Numbered from the whole stretch's first letter, positions 10,188 to 19,741 are shown. The stretch is DNA of 63,998 nucleotides, filler included, from an uncultured Methanosarcinales archaeon (GCA_964472345.1; 4 parts of 4 records of this genome joined end to end with filler, not necessarily neighbours in it), one strand, 5' to 3'. The notes: generated by a model from the letters alone, not told the origin. Translations and numbers: made by a program.

Positions 10188-10544
10188 ATGGCCACGCAGC
10201 TCTGGAGTGTCGCGCTGATTGTCGCCTCGACGCTGCTCAGCTCCCTCGCCGCGTTCTCCATGAAACGGGCAAGCGCGGGCTTCGGCCTCCGCTTCACGAA
10301 GCTCGTGAGCAACCTGCCGCTGATGGGCGCATTGAGCCTCTATTTCATCTCCGCAGTCATCGGCGTCATCGCGTACCGCGGCGGCGATCTGACGGTGCTC
10401 GTGCCGCTCGCGTCGCTGAATTATGTATGGGCGTCGCTCCTTGCGGTGCGTTTCCTGCATGAAACGATGGACCGCTGGAAAATCACCGGCATTGCGCTCA
10501 TCATGCTCGGCATCACGGCCATCGGCCTGGGAGGTGCGCTGTGA
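10188..10544 (+). CDS. Small 4-TM EamA/DMT transporter, paralogue
   Basis: GDLTVLVP, LNYVW, FLHE..KITGI motifs; abuts previous gene. Confidence 0.85.
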   Translation: MATQLWSVALIVASTLLSSLAAFSMKRASAGFGLRFTKLVSNLPLMGALSLYFISAVIGVIAYRGGDLTVLVPLASLNYVWASLLAVRFLHETMDRWKITGIALIMLGITAIGLGGAL

Positions 10545-11215
10545 AGGAGACCATTGTCATCTCCCTCGGCGGCTCGCTGATCGTTCCGGATGCGATCGAC
10601 ACTGCATTCCTGCGCACATTCAGGGCCGCCGTCGAATCGCACCTTCCGGGAAAGCGCTTCATCATCGTGACGGGCGGAGGGAGGACCGCGCGGCGCTATC
10701 AGCATGCAGCAGCGCAGCTGGGCGCAGCAGACGGCACAAGCAGCGACTGGGTCGGCATCTCCGCGACCTGGCTCAACGCGCGGCTCGTGCAGGAGGCGTT
10801 CGGGGACTCTGCAGAGCATGCACTCATCACCGATCCGACCAAAAGGATACATAGCCGAAAGCCGATCCTGATTGCGGGGGGCTGGAAGCCGGGCTTTTCG
10901 ACTGATTACGACGCGGTGTGCCTTGCGCAAACCTCCCGCGCAGCGATGCTCATCAATATGTCCAATGTCGATTTTCTCTATGACAAGGATCCGAAGCGGT
11001 TTCCGGACGCACAAAAGCTCACGAGCGCCAGCTGGCAAACCCTTCAGAAAATAGTCGGAACGGAATGGAAAGCGGGAAGCCACGTGCCGTTCGATCCCAT
11101 TGCGACACGGAAGGCGGCACAGCTGAGACTCAGGCTCATTTTCATAGGGAAAGACAGTGCAAACCTCAGGAATGTCCTGGAGGGAAAGGCGTTTGTCGGG
11201 ACCGTGGTCGAGTGA
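10541..11215 (+). CDS. pyrH: UMP kinase
   Basis: ISLGGS, VTGGGRTAR, PGFSTDYDA, YDKDP, PFDP motifs. Confidence 0.95.
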   Translation: MKETIVISLGGSLIVPDAIDTAFLRTFRAAVESHLPGKRFIIVTGGGRTARRYQHAAAQLGAADGTSSDWVGISATWLNARLVQEAFGDSAEHALITDPTKRIHSRKPILIAGGWKPGFSTDYDAVCLAQTSRAAMLINMSNVDFLYDKDPKRFPDAQKLTSASWQTLQKIVGTEWKAGSHVPFDPIATRKAAQLRLRLIFIGKDSANLRNVLEGKAFVGTVVE

Positions 11216-11470
11216 TCATTTCTTCAGCTTCTCATGCTCATGGGTGACAAGCGACTCAAATGAGGCGGCGGAGCTTTTCGCACCCGCAACCCACCTATCG
11301 TGCCCGCTGCCGTGGAAAGGAACGCGCACCCTGTTCTCCGCTCCGCATCCGCAGCACGCAACCTTGTAATGATGGCCGCCGTCGAACTGCGACTGCCAGA
11401 GCATCTCCCGCAGGTCTTTCCCGCAGTAGCAGTGCTCGATCTCGAGGTTCTTCACGAGATGGTGCCTCAC
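11216..11470 (-). CDS. Small Cys/His-rich putative Zn-binding protein
   Basis: GTG start overlapping cutA stop; CYCG...CCGCG...HGSGHD. Confidence 0.6.
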   Translation of the reverse strand: MRHHLVKNLEIEHCYCGKDLREMLWQSQFDGGHHYKVACCGCGAENRVRVPFHGSGHDRWVAGAKSSAASFESLVTHEHEKLKK

Positions 11471-11769
11471 CGCAGTTCCTCCCGCAGCCAGCGCCCGGCG
11501 GCTTTGGTTGTGCGCTCCCTGTGTGCATGGATCACCGGCAGCCGGTAGGAATGCAGTGCGGCGATCTCGCGCGCGACTGCGCCGAACCGTGACGGGAGCG
11601 TCTTCACGATGAGCAGATATTCGGCTGCGCGCTCCTGCTTGCCCTCCCACCAGTAGCAGCTCTTCACCGGAAAGAAATTTGCGCATGCTGCGAGCCTCTT
11701 GCTTACCACCACACGTGCGATGCGCGCCGCTTCACCACGATTTTTGCACGTCACGGAAACCACCAGCAT
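11467..11769 (-). CDS. cutA: Divalent-cation tolerance protein CutA
   Basis: LAACAN, YWWEGK, LHSY.LP motifs. Confidence 0.92.
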   Translation of the reverse strand: MLVVSVTCKNRGEAARIARVVVSKRLAACANFFPVKSCYWWEGKQERAAEYLLIVKTLPSRFGAVAREIAALHSYRLPVIHAHRERTTKAAGRWLREELR

Positions 11770-11821
11770 CGCCGTTCTCAGGGGCTTAAGATTTATATAG
11801 GTTTCCCTTCCCCGTGAGGTG

Positions 11822-12559
11822 ATGAACCTTGCGCAGATGCGGGAGAAGAATCTCGCGGAGACGATTCGTGCAGTCCGGGACGCGGTCAACGAAGACGCGC
11901 TCATCAACCACGCGAGCAACAGCATCGATGAGCTTGACAAGGCCGCGAACCTGCTCGTGAAACGTTTCCGGGAATGGATCGCGCTGACGCTGCCGGAAGT
12001 CGAGCATGGCCTGCAAGACCATGAGAAGCTCCTTGAGCTCACGCTCAGCAGGAGCCGCAGCGAGCTGCTGAAGGAATTCCGCCTGACGGAAGGGCAGTCC
12101 ATGGGTGCTGTTCTCAGCAAGGCGGATGAGGAAGAGGCCCTTCTGCTTGCCCGGCAGATCAGGCAATTGTACGAGCTCCGCGAGAAGCACCGCGGCTACC
12201 TTGACCGGCTCCTGCAGCGCTATGCGCCCAACCTGCGCGAGCTCTGCGGAGCCACGATCGCCGCAAACCTCATCGAGCGCGCGGGCAGCCTCCGGCGGCT
12301 TGCGCTCCTGCCCAGCTCCACGGTCCAGCTGCTGGGTGCGGAAAAGGCGCTGTTCCGGCACCTGACGCGGAAGGCAAAGCCGCCGAAGCACGGCATCATC
12401 ATCAACCATCCGGTCGTTGCGAATGCCAAGAAAGCGGAGAAGGGCAAGGCGGCTCGTGCGCTCGCGGACAGGATCAGCATGTGCGCACGGCTCGATTACT
12501 TCAAGGGTGAATTCAAGGCGCCGGAGTATAAGAAAGAGCTGGAGGGGAGGTTTGGGTGA
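11822..12559 (+). CDS. nop5: Nop5/Nop56 C/D box sRNP protein (N-terminally short)
   Basis: APNL, AGSLRRLALLPSSTVQLLGAEKALF, PPKHG, ARLDYF. Confidence 0.93.
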   Translation: MNLAQMREKNLAETIRAVRDAVNEDALINHASNSIDELDKAANLLVKRFREWIALTLPEVEHGLQDHEKLLELTLSRSRSELLKEFRLTEGQSMGAVLSKADEEEALLLARQIRQLYELREKHRGYLDRLLQRYAPNLRELCGATIAANLIERAGSLRRLALLPSSTVQLLGAEKALFRHLTRKAKPPKHGIIINHPVVANAKKAEKGKAARALADRISMCARLDYFKGEFKAPEYKKELEGRFG

Positions 12560-12628
12560 AGCAATATCCCAAAAAATCACTTCAAAACAGCGGAAATGTT
12601 TATAAGCAACAGGACGCCCTCCAACCCT

Positions 12629-12823
12629 ATGGCAAACGAAGCGATGCTACACCAGATACTGGGCGAATTGAAGGAGATTAAAATAAGCATCGGGGAGATA
12701 GACGAAGACATTCACTATGAACTTAACCAGAGATACCTTAAGAAGCTAAAGCGTATCGAGGCGCAGCCAGGCCTCAAGTTCAGGACGAAGGAAGAACTCT
12801 TGCAGTACCTCAAGAGGGTATGA
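12629..12823 (+). CDS. Putative antitoxin
   Basis: 64 aa, TATA at ~12599-12605, directly upstream of RelE-like gene; C-terminal F-x-T-x-EEL motif. Confidence 0.6.
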   Translation: MANEAMLHQILGELKEIKISIGEIDEDIHYELNQRYLKKLKRIEAQPGLKFRTKEELLQYLKRV

Positions 12824-12886
12824 AAATAATCTGTAGGGCTGGAGGTAATCATTCGTTATAAATAACCACCACCCAGTACCTGGAAA

Positions 12887-13171
12887 ATGGAATACGAGCT
12901 CAAGCAGAACTTCCAGCGGATTCTCGGGAAGCTCAAGAAACGGGACACGGTCGCATACGAGCAGGTGGTCAAGAAGATCGGAGAAATTGTTCAGTCGGAT
13001 CCTGACAGCTATAAGAATCTCCGCCACGACCTCAAGCACTTCAAGCGCGTCCACATCAAAGGCTCGTTCGTGTTGATTTTCAAATATGATAAGGAACGGC
13101 AGCTCATTTCTTTCTTTGATTATGACCATCACGACAGCATCTACAAGAAGAGGTATGAGGCAGGCATATGA
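12887..13171 (+). CDS. RelE/YafQ-family mRNA interferase toxin
   Basis: YKNLRHDLK.FKRVHI..SFVLIF...DYDHHDSIY. Confidence 0.85.
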   Translation: MEYELKQNFQRILGKLKKRDTVAYEQVVKKIGEIVQSDPDSYKNLRHDLKHFKRVHIKGSFVLIFKYDKERQLISFFDYDHHDSIYKKRYEAGI

Positions 13172-13689
13172 AAGAAATCGAAGTCAAAATCCTTGAAGTG
13201 AATCCGGCGGAGATACGGAAGAAGCTGAAAGCTCTCGGCGCCGAGAAGTTCTTCGAGGGAGAGGTGCACTCGATTTCCTACGACTATCCCGATCATCGCC
13301 TCGAAAAGGCAGGCCTCATGCTCCGTGTCCGGAAGGCAGGCGACCGAGCCGAGCTGTGCTTTAAAGGCAAGAATGAGTCGGCGAGATTTAAGGCAAAAGA
13401 GGAGATCGAGGTGCTGACGAGCAGCTTCGAGGATACCTGCACGATCCTTGAGCGGGTTGGCTTCAAGCGCCTCTACGAACAAACAAAGAAACGCGAGTGC
13501 TACCGCCTCGGCAGCGTGAAGTACGACCTTGATATGCTTCCCGGCATTCCGCCTTACCTTGAGGTCGAGGCAGCGACAGAAGCGGCCGTCGAGCAGGCAG
13601 TAAAAGATCTGGGTTTCACCATGCAGCAGACGACCAACAAGCCCGGCAGGCGGGTGGAAGCGGACTACCGGAGCGGGACGCGGCCATGA
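13168..13689 (+). CDS. cyaB: CYTH-family class IV adenylate cyclase / triphosphate tunnel enzyme
   Basis: N-terminal EIEVK, LRVRK, KKRE, YLEVE motifs. Confidence 0.88.
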   Translation: MKEIEVKILEVNPAEIRKKLKALGAEKFFEGEVHSISYDYPDHRLEKAGLMLRVRKAGDRAELCFKGKNESARFKAKEEIEVLTSSFEDTCTILERVGFKRLYEQTKKRECYRLGSVKYDLDMLPGIPPYLEVEAATEAAVEQAVKDLGFTMQQTTNKPGRRVEADYRSGTRP

Positions 13690-14345
13690 AATCGTCTCTT
13701 ATCTTCGAAGTCTTCCAGGAGAGGTATCGCCTGTACACAAAAAACCTCACCCCCGGCAGATCGTTCTTCAGCGAGACGCTCGTGCGCGAGAACGGCACCG
13801 AATACCGCGAATGGGAGCCGAAAAGGAGCAAGCTCGCCGCGGCCATCATGAAGGGCTGCAAGAATGTCTTCATCCGCAAAGGCAGCGTCGTCCTCTATCT
13901 TGGTGCCGCGCACGGCTACACCCCCAGCTTCATCTCGGACATCATCGGCAACGGAGGCATGGTCTTTGCGCTTGACAACGCGCCGCGCGTCGTGCGCGAC
14001 CTCGTCTTTCTTGCGCAAGAGCGGGAGAACGTCGCGCCGCTGCTTGCGGATGCCAACCATCCCGAGAGCTACCGCGAGCGCGTCCCGCAGGCCGATATCA
14101 TCTACCAGGATGTCGCCCAGAGGAACCAGGCAGAGATCCTCCTGAAGAACTGCGGCCTCTTCCTGAAACAAGGCGGCACCGCGCTCATTGCGATCAAAGC
14201 GCGCAGCATCGACATCACGAAGAAGCCGAAAGCGGTTTTCATGGAGGCGCGCAGGCAGCTCGAGCAGCGCATGACCATCGTCGACTTCCGCACCCTCGAG
14301 CCGTTCGAGCACGACCATTGTTTTATCATCTGCAAAAAGAGGTGA
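13686..14345 (+). CDS. flpA: Fibrillarin-like rRNA/tRNA 2'-O-methyltransferase
   Basis: YREWEPKRSKLAA, VLYLGAA.G.T.S, QDVAQ, IKARSID, LEPFE.DH. Confidence 0.96.
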   Translation: MKSSLIFEVFQERYRLYTKNLTPGRSFFSETLVRENGTEYREWEPKRSKLAAAIMKGCKNVFIRKGSVVLYLGAAHGYTPSFISDIIGNGGMVFALDNAPRVVRDLVFLAQERENVAPLLADANHPESYRERVPQADIIYQDVAQRNQAEILLKNCGLFLKQGGTALIAIKARSIDITKKPKAVFMEARRQLEQRMTIVDFRTLEPFEHDHCFIICKKR

Positions 14346-14349
14346 GCTT

Positions 14350-14616
14350 ATGCCAACCGAGCATACTGAGGCAGTTGTCCTGACGACCCGGAGCCTTTAT
14401 CGGACTGCGAAAAGGCTTCACCGGCTGGTCCGGCAGATGCACCGGATCAAAAGAAAGATCGGGCAGGAGCGCGAGGTCGCGAAGCAGGCAGGGCATATGG
14501 CGCGCTACAGCCAGCAGTCCGCCCGGGCAGGAAAGCTGATGAAGGACTACACTGATGGAATGGCAAAGATTAACATGCATCTCGTTGAAATCCGGAAGAA
14601 TCTTGGGAAGCGCTGA
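14350..14616 (+). CDS. Small basic helical hypothetical protein
   Basis: AGGTGA SD-like site upstream, in operon after flpA. Confidence 0.5.
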   Translation: MPTEHTEAVVLTTRSLYRTAKRLHRLVRQMHRIKRKIGQEREVAKQAGHMARYSQQSARAGKLMKDYTDGMAKINMHLVEIRKNLGKR

Positions 14617-14621
14617 GCGCC

Positions 14622-14909
14622 TCAGCCGTTGTTTTTGCGGGGCTGCTCGACTTCCTGCAGCAGCTCTTTCTCCGCAACCTTCCCGACGTGGATGATCTGC
14701 ACCGGGCAGACGTCCGCAGCTTCGCGGTGCTTCGCCACCTCTTCCGGGTCCGAAACGAGCTTTTCTTCGTTCTCGCCGCTCATGGTGCAGCCTTTCAGGT
14801 CAGCCAAGCCGTCTTTCTGGCTCATCTCCCAATGGTCGGGCGCGACGGCAGCGCAGCTCCCGCAGGCGATGCACTTGGGGCGCTCGTGGATGATTTTGAA
14901 GGGGGGCAT
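14622..14909 (-). CDS. Single-cluster ferredoxin
   Basis: CIACGSCAAVAP...AADVCPV; TATA at ~14934-14941. Confidence 0.9.
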   Translation of the reverse strand: MPPFKIIHERPKCIACGSCAAVAPDHWEMSQKDGLADLKGCTMSGENEEKLVSDPEEVAKHREAADVCPVQIIHVGKVAEKELLQEVEQPRKNNG

Positions 14910-14954
14910 GATGAGCATCGCTGAGCAGCTTCTTTAAATAAGTTTTGACACCGA

Positions 14955-15177
14955 GGCGTTATTGAAAAGTTCCCGTTCGCCATGCGGAAAAGTGCGCTTT
15001 TCCTGAGCTCGTACCGAGTCCGAGCCGCGCGAGCTGCGTGTCCTCCGGACAGGATTCGCGCTAGCGCCTGGCGGGCGTCCCGCTCACGCCGGCACGGAGA
15101 ACGTGCAGCGTCCTCCTGGGTGTCGTGCCGAGCCCGACACGCTCACTGGCCATGTTGGCGAACTTTTCAATAACGCC
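14955..15177. mobile_element. MITE B (223 bp)
   Basis: Perfect 18-bp TIR GGCGTTATTGAAAAGTTC / GAACTTTTCAATAACGCC; 8-bp TSD GACACCGA/GACGCCGA (1 mismatch); related copy at 63917. Confidence 0.88.
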
Positions 15178-15324
15178 GACGCCGAAGCACGCAAAGCTTT
15201 ATAAACAACCGACTGCAAAACCACCACAAAGCCCCGCCGCGAGGACAGCCAAAAGGGACTCGCGGCATGACTGCAGGGCGATAATACGCAGCCTGAGAGC
15301 GTTCTCTTGGACTGAGCCATCATC

Positions 15325-15927
15325 ATGGAACAACAGGAAACACTGCTGGCGCCGACGAACACCTACCTCAAGAGCGGCATCCACATCGGGACGAAGTTCA
15401 AGACCAAATACATGGAGCGCTTCATCTACAAGACGCGCCCCGACGGCCTGTCCGTGCTGAACCTGCAGCAGATCGACGAGCGCATCCGCGCCGCGGCGAG
15501 GCTGCTTGCGCAGTACGCACCTGAGGACATCCTTGCTGCCTCCCGCCGCGAGAACGGATGGAAACCCATCAAAGTATTCCAGAAACACACCGGCGTGAAG
15601 GTCGTCACCGGACGCTATCCGCCCGGGATGATGACCAACACCAACCTGGTGACCTTCATCGAGCCGAAAATCCTGATTGTCAACGATGCGTGGCCTGACC
15701 GCAACGCCGTCATGGATGCGAACAAGATCGGCATCCCCGTCATTGCGCTCTGTGACACCAACAACCATCCGAATTTCATCGACCTTGTGGTGCCGTGCAA
15801 CAACAAAGGCAAGAAAGCGCTCGGCCTCATCTTCTACCTCCTGACGGTGGAGTACCTGCGCCTGCGCGGAACGCTTGCGCCAGAGCAGGAGCTCGGCGCC
15901 TCGATTGACGATTTTACGGAGAAATAG
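15325..15927 (+). CDS. rps2: 30S ribosomal protein S2 (uS2)
   Basis: YLKSGIHIGTK, GRYPPG.MTN, IPVIALCDTNN, PCNNKG. Confidence 0.97.
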   Translation: MEQQETLLAPTNTYLKSGIHIGTKFKTKYMERFIYKTRPDGLSVLNLQQIDERIRAAARLLAQYAPEDILAASRRENGWKPIKVFQKHTGVKVVTGRYPPGMMTNTNLVTFIEPKILIVNDAWPDRNAVMDANKIGIPVIALCDTNNHPNFIDLVVPCNNKGKKALGLIFYLLTVEYLRLRGTLAPEQELGASIDDFTEK

Positions 15928-15954
15928 CCCTGACGGGAGGCACGGCAGCTCTCC

Positions 15955-16641
15955 CTAGCGCTCGGGAGATCCGATCCCTTTCTGGGTGATGACGAAGTCC
16001 ACTGCCCCTTCTTTCAGGCTCCGGTGCTTGCGCAGCACCGCGCGCCTCCTTCCTGCGGCGAACGCCTGCAGCTCGATCAGGCAGCGGCTCCCATTCCTCA
16101 GGATGTCCCCCCCGACAATCTTGGTCTTCTCCTTGTCCTGGAAGTCTGCATAGACCTGGTTCGCGACGAGCACCGGCAGGTCATTGACGCGCGCGAGCCG
16201 GATGAGAATCGCGAGCTGCTTTGCGAGCATGGCGTTGATCGGCTGCACGCTCCGCGCCTCGCCCAGCGCCAGGCGATAGAGCATCGCAATCGTGTCGACC
16301 ACGACGAGGCCGACACCCCTGTTGACCAGCTTCGGCAGCTGCCTGATCACCTCATGCTGCTCCTCGAACGACGGCGGGCGGAAGAAAACCGTGCGCGCGA
16401 GCACATGATCCGCGTACTTGGTGATCTGCCGCAGGCGCTCCACTGAGAAGCTCGATTCCGTGTCAATATAGATAACCTTCTTTCCCGTTCCCGTCATCCG
16501 GATGAGCGTGAGCAGGCAAAGGTTCGTCTTGCCGCTTCCGCCCGGCCCGTACAGCGTTGTAAGCACTCCTTTTTCATACCCCCCACCGAGAAACCGGTCG
16601 AAGAGCTCCGATCCTGTTGAAATCTTTCCTTCATCTGCCAT
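15955..16641 (-). CDS. radB: DNA repair and recombination protein RadB
   Basis: GPGGSGKT Walker A, YIDTE, NQVY, KHR motif; no RadA N-terminal domain. Confidence 0.93.
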   Translation of the reverse strand: MADEGKISTGSELFDRFLGGGYEKGVLTTLYGPGGSGKTNLCLLTLIRMTGTGKKVIYIDTESSFSVERLRQITKYADHVLARTVFFRPPSFEEQHEVIRQLPKLVNRGVGLVVVDTIAMLYRLALGEARSVQPINAMLAKQLAILIRLARVNDLPVLVANQVYADFQDKEKTKIVGGDILRNGSRCLIELQAFAAGRRRAVLRKHRSLKEGAVDFVITQKGIGSPER

Positions 16642-16789
16642 GCCCTTTTCCCCACCATCGGGAGCTTATATACGTTTCGCGGGGACGCCCCCCGGACGTT
16701 TCTTTTCTTTCTCCGGCGCGCGGCTGAGCTTCCGCCATCCCTGTTCCGTTCCGGCAGATTTTATATAGCTCAGGCACTTCCTCCCCTTT

Positions 16790-17077
16790 ATGACTGAAGA
16801 CCTTGTCCGTGAGCTTGACGAGCGCACTGCGCAGCGCGCCAGGACGAGGGAAGAGCACCAGCAGGAGCAGATCCGGAAAGCGATCCTCGGGAAGATCCGC
16901 TCATCTCAGGAGGAGGTTGCGCACCTTGAGAAGCGGTGCGTGCAGCTCGCAGCGCGGGAAGCGGCGCTGCGCGATGCGGGCAGGCTGCTGCGCGCATGGT
17001 GGTGCGCGTTCCGCCTTGCGCGTGCGCAGGGGAAGCTCCTCCGACTAAAGAAAATCACTCCTGGAGCAGGATCCTGA
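16790..17077 (+). CDS. Hypothetical coiled-coil protein
   Basis: TATA TTTTATATA at ~16759-16767; charged helical sequence. Confidence 0.5.
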   Translation: MTEDLVRELDERTAQRARTREEHQQEQIRKAILGKIRSSQEEVAHLEKRCVQLAAREAALRDAGRLLRAWWCAFRLARAQGKLLRLKKITPGAGS

Positions 17078-18746
17078 TCATTGCCGCGTATGCCGGCCGC
17101 GCAATCAGGACGCCGACAGAGACGCCGACAATCGTGGTGAATGCAAAGCCTTTGAGCAGGCCGGCGCCGGCGAACCACAGCGGCAGCATGCCCGCGAGCA
17201 CCGTCAGGTAGGCGCCGGTGATGATGAACATCGCGTTCCCGAGCCGCTTTTTCCAGTCGATGATGATTTCGCTCCGCAGCGTCTCATCGGTAATCACAAT
17301 CAGATGGTCAACTGCCGTGCCGACCGAGATAATAATACCCGCCATGGCCGCAATGTCGAGGTTCCAGCCGACCATGGCCGCGAAACCAAGAATCAACACG
17401 ATTTCTGATATCATGGTGAAGATCATCGGCGCCGCGATCTTCGCATTCCGGTAGCGCGCCGCGACGCTCAGCGTGACGGTGAGCAGCGCGACGGCCCCTA
17501 TCAGCATGAGATTGCGCAGGAACCGCTCTCCCAGGATAGGGGAGATCGTATCAATTTTCACGACGTTCAGCTTCACGGGCAGCGAGCCGGTGATGAGCAC
17601 GGTCTGGAGCCGCTTCATCTGCTGAAGGGTCTCGCCTACCGCCTCCTGCCGCGTCCTCCCGGAGCCGCTGCCGGAGATGGCGATGGCAGTTTCCTCCTGG
17701 CCTTTCAGGCTGGCGGCGATCTGCAGGGTGTCCACGAGCCTGTCGTCCAGGTAAAGCTCGAGAGGTGCACTCACGTACAGCCCGCCCCGCCGCCGGAATG
17801 GCGCGCGCGACCGCGCGCCATCCGCATGGCGCTTTGCAGCGTCAACGCTCAATGAGATCTGGAAAAAGAAGCCGCAGAACCATCCGCCTCCCGACTGGCT
17901 GCAGGGCCGCTGCGTATCAAGGCCGGAGCAGCCAGCGCTGCGGCAGACATAGGTGATGTCCCGCCTGCCGCCGGTGAACACCGTCTGGTTGGAGATCTTC
18001 GCTTCGAATTTCCCCTGGCTTGCGATGATCCCCCTTACCTCATCTTCGGTTATGCCGGCGATCTCAACCACAATGAACCGGTTCCCTGCGAGGTCGGATG
18101 CGTCGCGCACGACGACGTCGCTCAGCCCGTAGATGTTGAGGCGCTGGGTGAGGCTTTCCGTGGTGGTCGCGAGGTCCTCGTCGGAGATTGATTCCGCAGG
18201 CTGGAGCACGACGCGCGAGCCGCCGACCAGGTCAAGCCCTTTCCGCAGGTTTGAGCCGGCTGCGGCAACAACGCGCAGCCCGGGATCCTCCGCCCCCGTC
18301 ACCTCCCGGAGCACCTTCGGCACCTCAACGGTCCTGTTCACGCTCGTGTTCGTTTCCGGGTCGAGCTCCTCGACGATGCGCAGCTCGGTCCCGTTGAGCG
18401 GCGTTTCCCTGTACAGCGGCTTGACCGCCAGGAGATACGATGCCCTGTTGGTGATGATGCGGATGGTCTGGTTCGGCTGCAGCTGCGCGATGGCATCGTG
18501 ATAGTCCTGCGGCGTGCTAATCTGCTGGCCGTCAATGCCCGTGATGCGCTCAAGGCTCAGCGGAGCGGCTTTTGGCGCGGGTCCGTGCATGCCGGCGTCT
18601 GCCGCCGACGAGTTCGGCAGCACGGCGCGGATGGCCACGCCATCATTCTGCGGGGACGGCCGTATGGCGCTGAGCGCGAGCAGCAGCAGGGTGAGCAGCA
18701 GCAGCACGCGCCAATTCTTCAGCAGCTTAAGGAGCCTGTGTGCCAT
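17055..18746 (-). CDS. secD: Protein translocase subunit SecD (with PDZ-like insert)
   Basis: GLDLVGGSRV, TGSLPVKL, AGII.SVGTAVD..IVI.DE, GFAFTT. Confidence 0.93.
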   Translation of the reverse strand: MAHRLLKLLKNWRVLLLLTLLLLALSAIRPSPQNDGVAIRAVLPNSSAADAGMHGPAPKAAPLSLERITGIDGQQISTPQDYHDAIAQLQPNQTIRIITNRASYLLAVKPLYRETPLNGTELRIVEELDPETNTSVNRTVEVPKVLREVTGAEDPGLRVVAAAGSNLRKGLDLVGGSRVVLQPAESISDEDLATTTESLTQRLNIYGLSDVVVRDASDLAGNRFIVVEIAGITEDEVRGIIASQGKFEAKISNQTVFTGGRRDITYVCRSAGCSGLDTQRPCSQSGGGWFCGFFFQISLSVDAAKRHADGARSRAPFRRRGGLYVSAPLELYLDDRLVDTLQIAASLKGQEETAIAISGSGSGRTRQEAVGETLQQMKRLQTVLITGSLPVKLNVVKIDTISPILGERFLRNLMLIGAVALLTVTLSVAARYRNAKIAAPMIFTMISEIVLILGFAAMVGWNLDIAAMAGIIISVGTAVDHLIVITDETLRSEIIIDWKKRLGNAMFIITGAYLTVLAGMLPLWFAGAGLLKGFAFTTIVGVSVGVLIARPAYAAMIRILLQE

Positions 18747-19647
18747 GTTTTCTCTCAATGTACCAGCGCAAGATCGCGGCGTTCTGGATCCAGGTGTTGA
18801 TGATGTCCACCAGCAGCCCGATGAGCAGGATGAGCATGATCTGCCGCACCACCGGGCTGTTGGTGAGCAGCAGCGCGGCGACAACGGCAACGGTGGTGGT
18901 CGCCGTCATCATCAGCCCTGTCTTCATGGCGCCGATCACGCGCTCGAAGACCGTGCCTTCCTTCCGCTTGAGCACGCGGCTGGTGAGCAGGATGTCCGTG
19001 TCAACTGAGTAGCCGACGAGCATGAGAAATGCGGCAATGCCCGCGGTCTCGAGCTTCATTCCCGTCACGTTGAAGATTGCGAGCGTGATGACAATGTCCG
19101 AGAACGCCGCGAGGACAACCGCAAGGCTCGGGACCGCGGTGCGGAAGTAGAGGAAGACGACGACGGCCATCAGGAAAAACGCGGCGAGGAGCGCAGTAAT
19201 GGTCTGCCGGAAGAAGCTCGCCCCGACCGACGAGCCGGTGACCTCGACGGTGATCTCGTCCGGTTTTGCCCGTGTCTGCTGCCTGACCGCTGCGACGAGC
19301 GCGTCAATATCCTGCTCCTCCTGCGCTCCACTCTCAATGACAACGCCAACGACAGCGCCTGCGTCGGCGAGCGTCCGGACGGCCGCGCGCGCCTGCGGCA
19401 CATTGAGGTCGAGGAATGCCTGCAGTGCGGCGGGATCCGCTTCCCTGAGGATGGTGATAGAGCTGCCCCCTTTGAGGCTAATCCCCTTGCTGACAAATTC
19501 ACCTGTCGTTGCGAGCTGGATGCCAATCTGGATGAATGCGAGCAGGAGCAGCGCGAGCGGCAGGATGAGCAGCTTCCTGTGGTGTATGTCATAGACATGG
19601 AGGAGCCGCTGCTTCAAGGATAAAGGAACAGCCTCGTCAACTGCCAT
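18727..19647 (-). CDS. secF: Protein translocase subunit SecF
   Basis: GISLKGG, LMLVGYSVDTDILLT.R, DIINTWIQNA. Confidence 0.93.
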   Translation of the reverse strand: MAVDEAVPLSLKQRLLHVYDIHHRKLLILPLALLLLAFIQIGIQLATTGEFVSKGISLKGGSSITILREADPAALQAFLDLNVPQARAAVRTLADAGAVVGVVIESGAQEEQDIDALVAAVRQQTRAKPDEITVEVTGSSVGASFFRQTITALLAAFFLMAVVVFLYFRTAVPSLAVVLAAFSDIVITLAIFNVTGMKLETAGIAAFLMLVGYSVDTDILLTSRVLKRKEGTVFERVIGAMKTGLMMTATTTVAVVAALLLTNSPVVRQIMLILLIGLLVDIINTWIQNAAILRWYIERKHGTQAP

Positions 19648-19741
19648 GACCTCACCGAGAAATGGGGTATTTATAAAGATTTATGTGCGCTGCGCGGCAC
19701 CGTTCATCATAATCTCCGGCGCTTTCACAAGCCGGCGTGCC

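Noticed and set aside
17798..17821. 10-bp GC hairpin inside secD giving an odd peptide (ADGARSRAPF)
   Set aside because: Frame is intact and there is no TSD; could be chance or a local template-switch/assembly error
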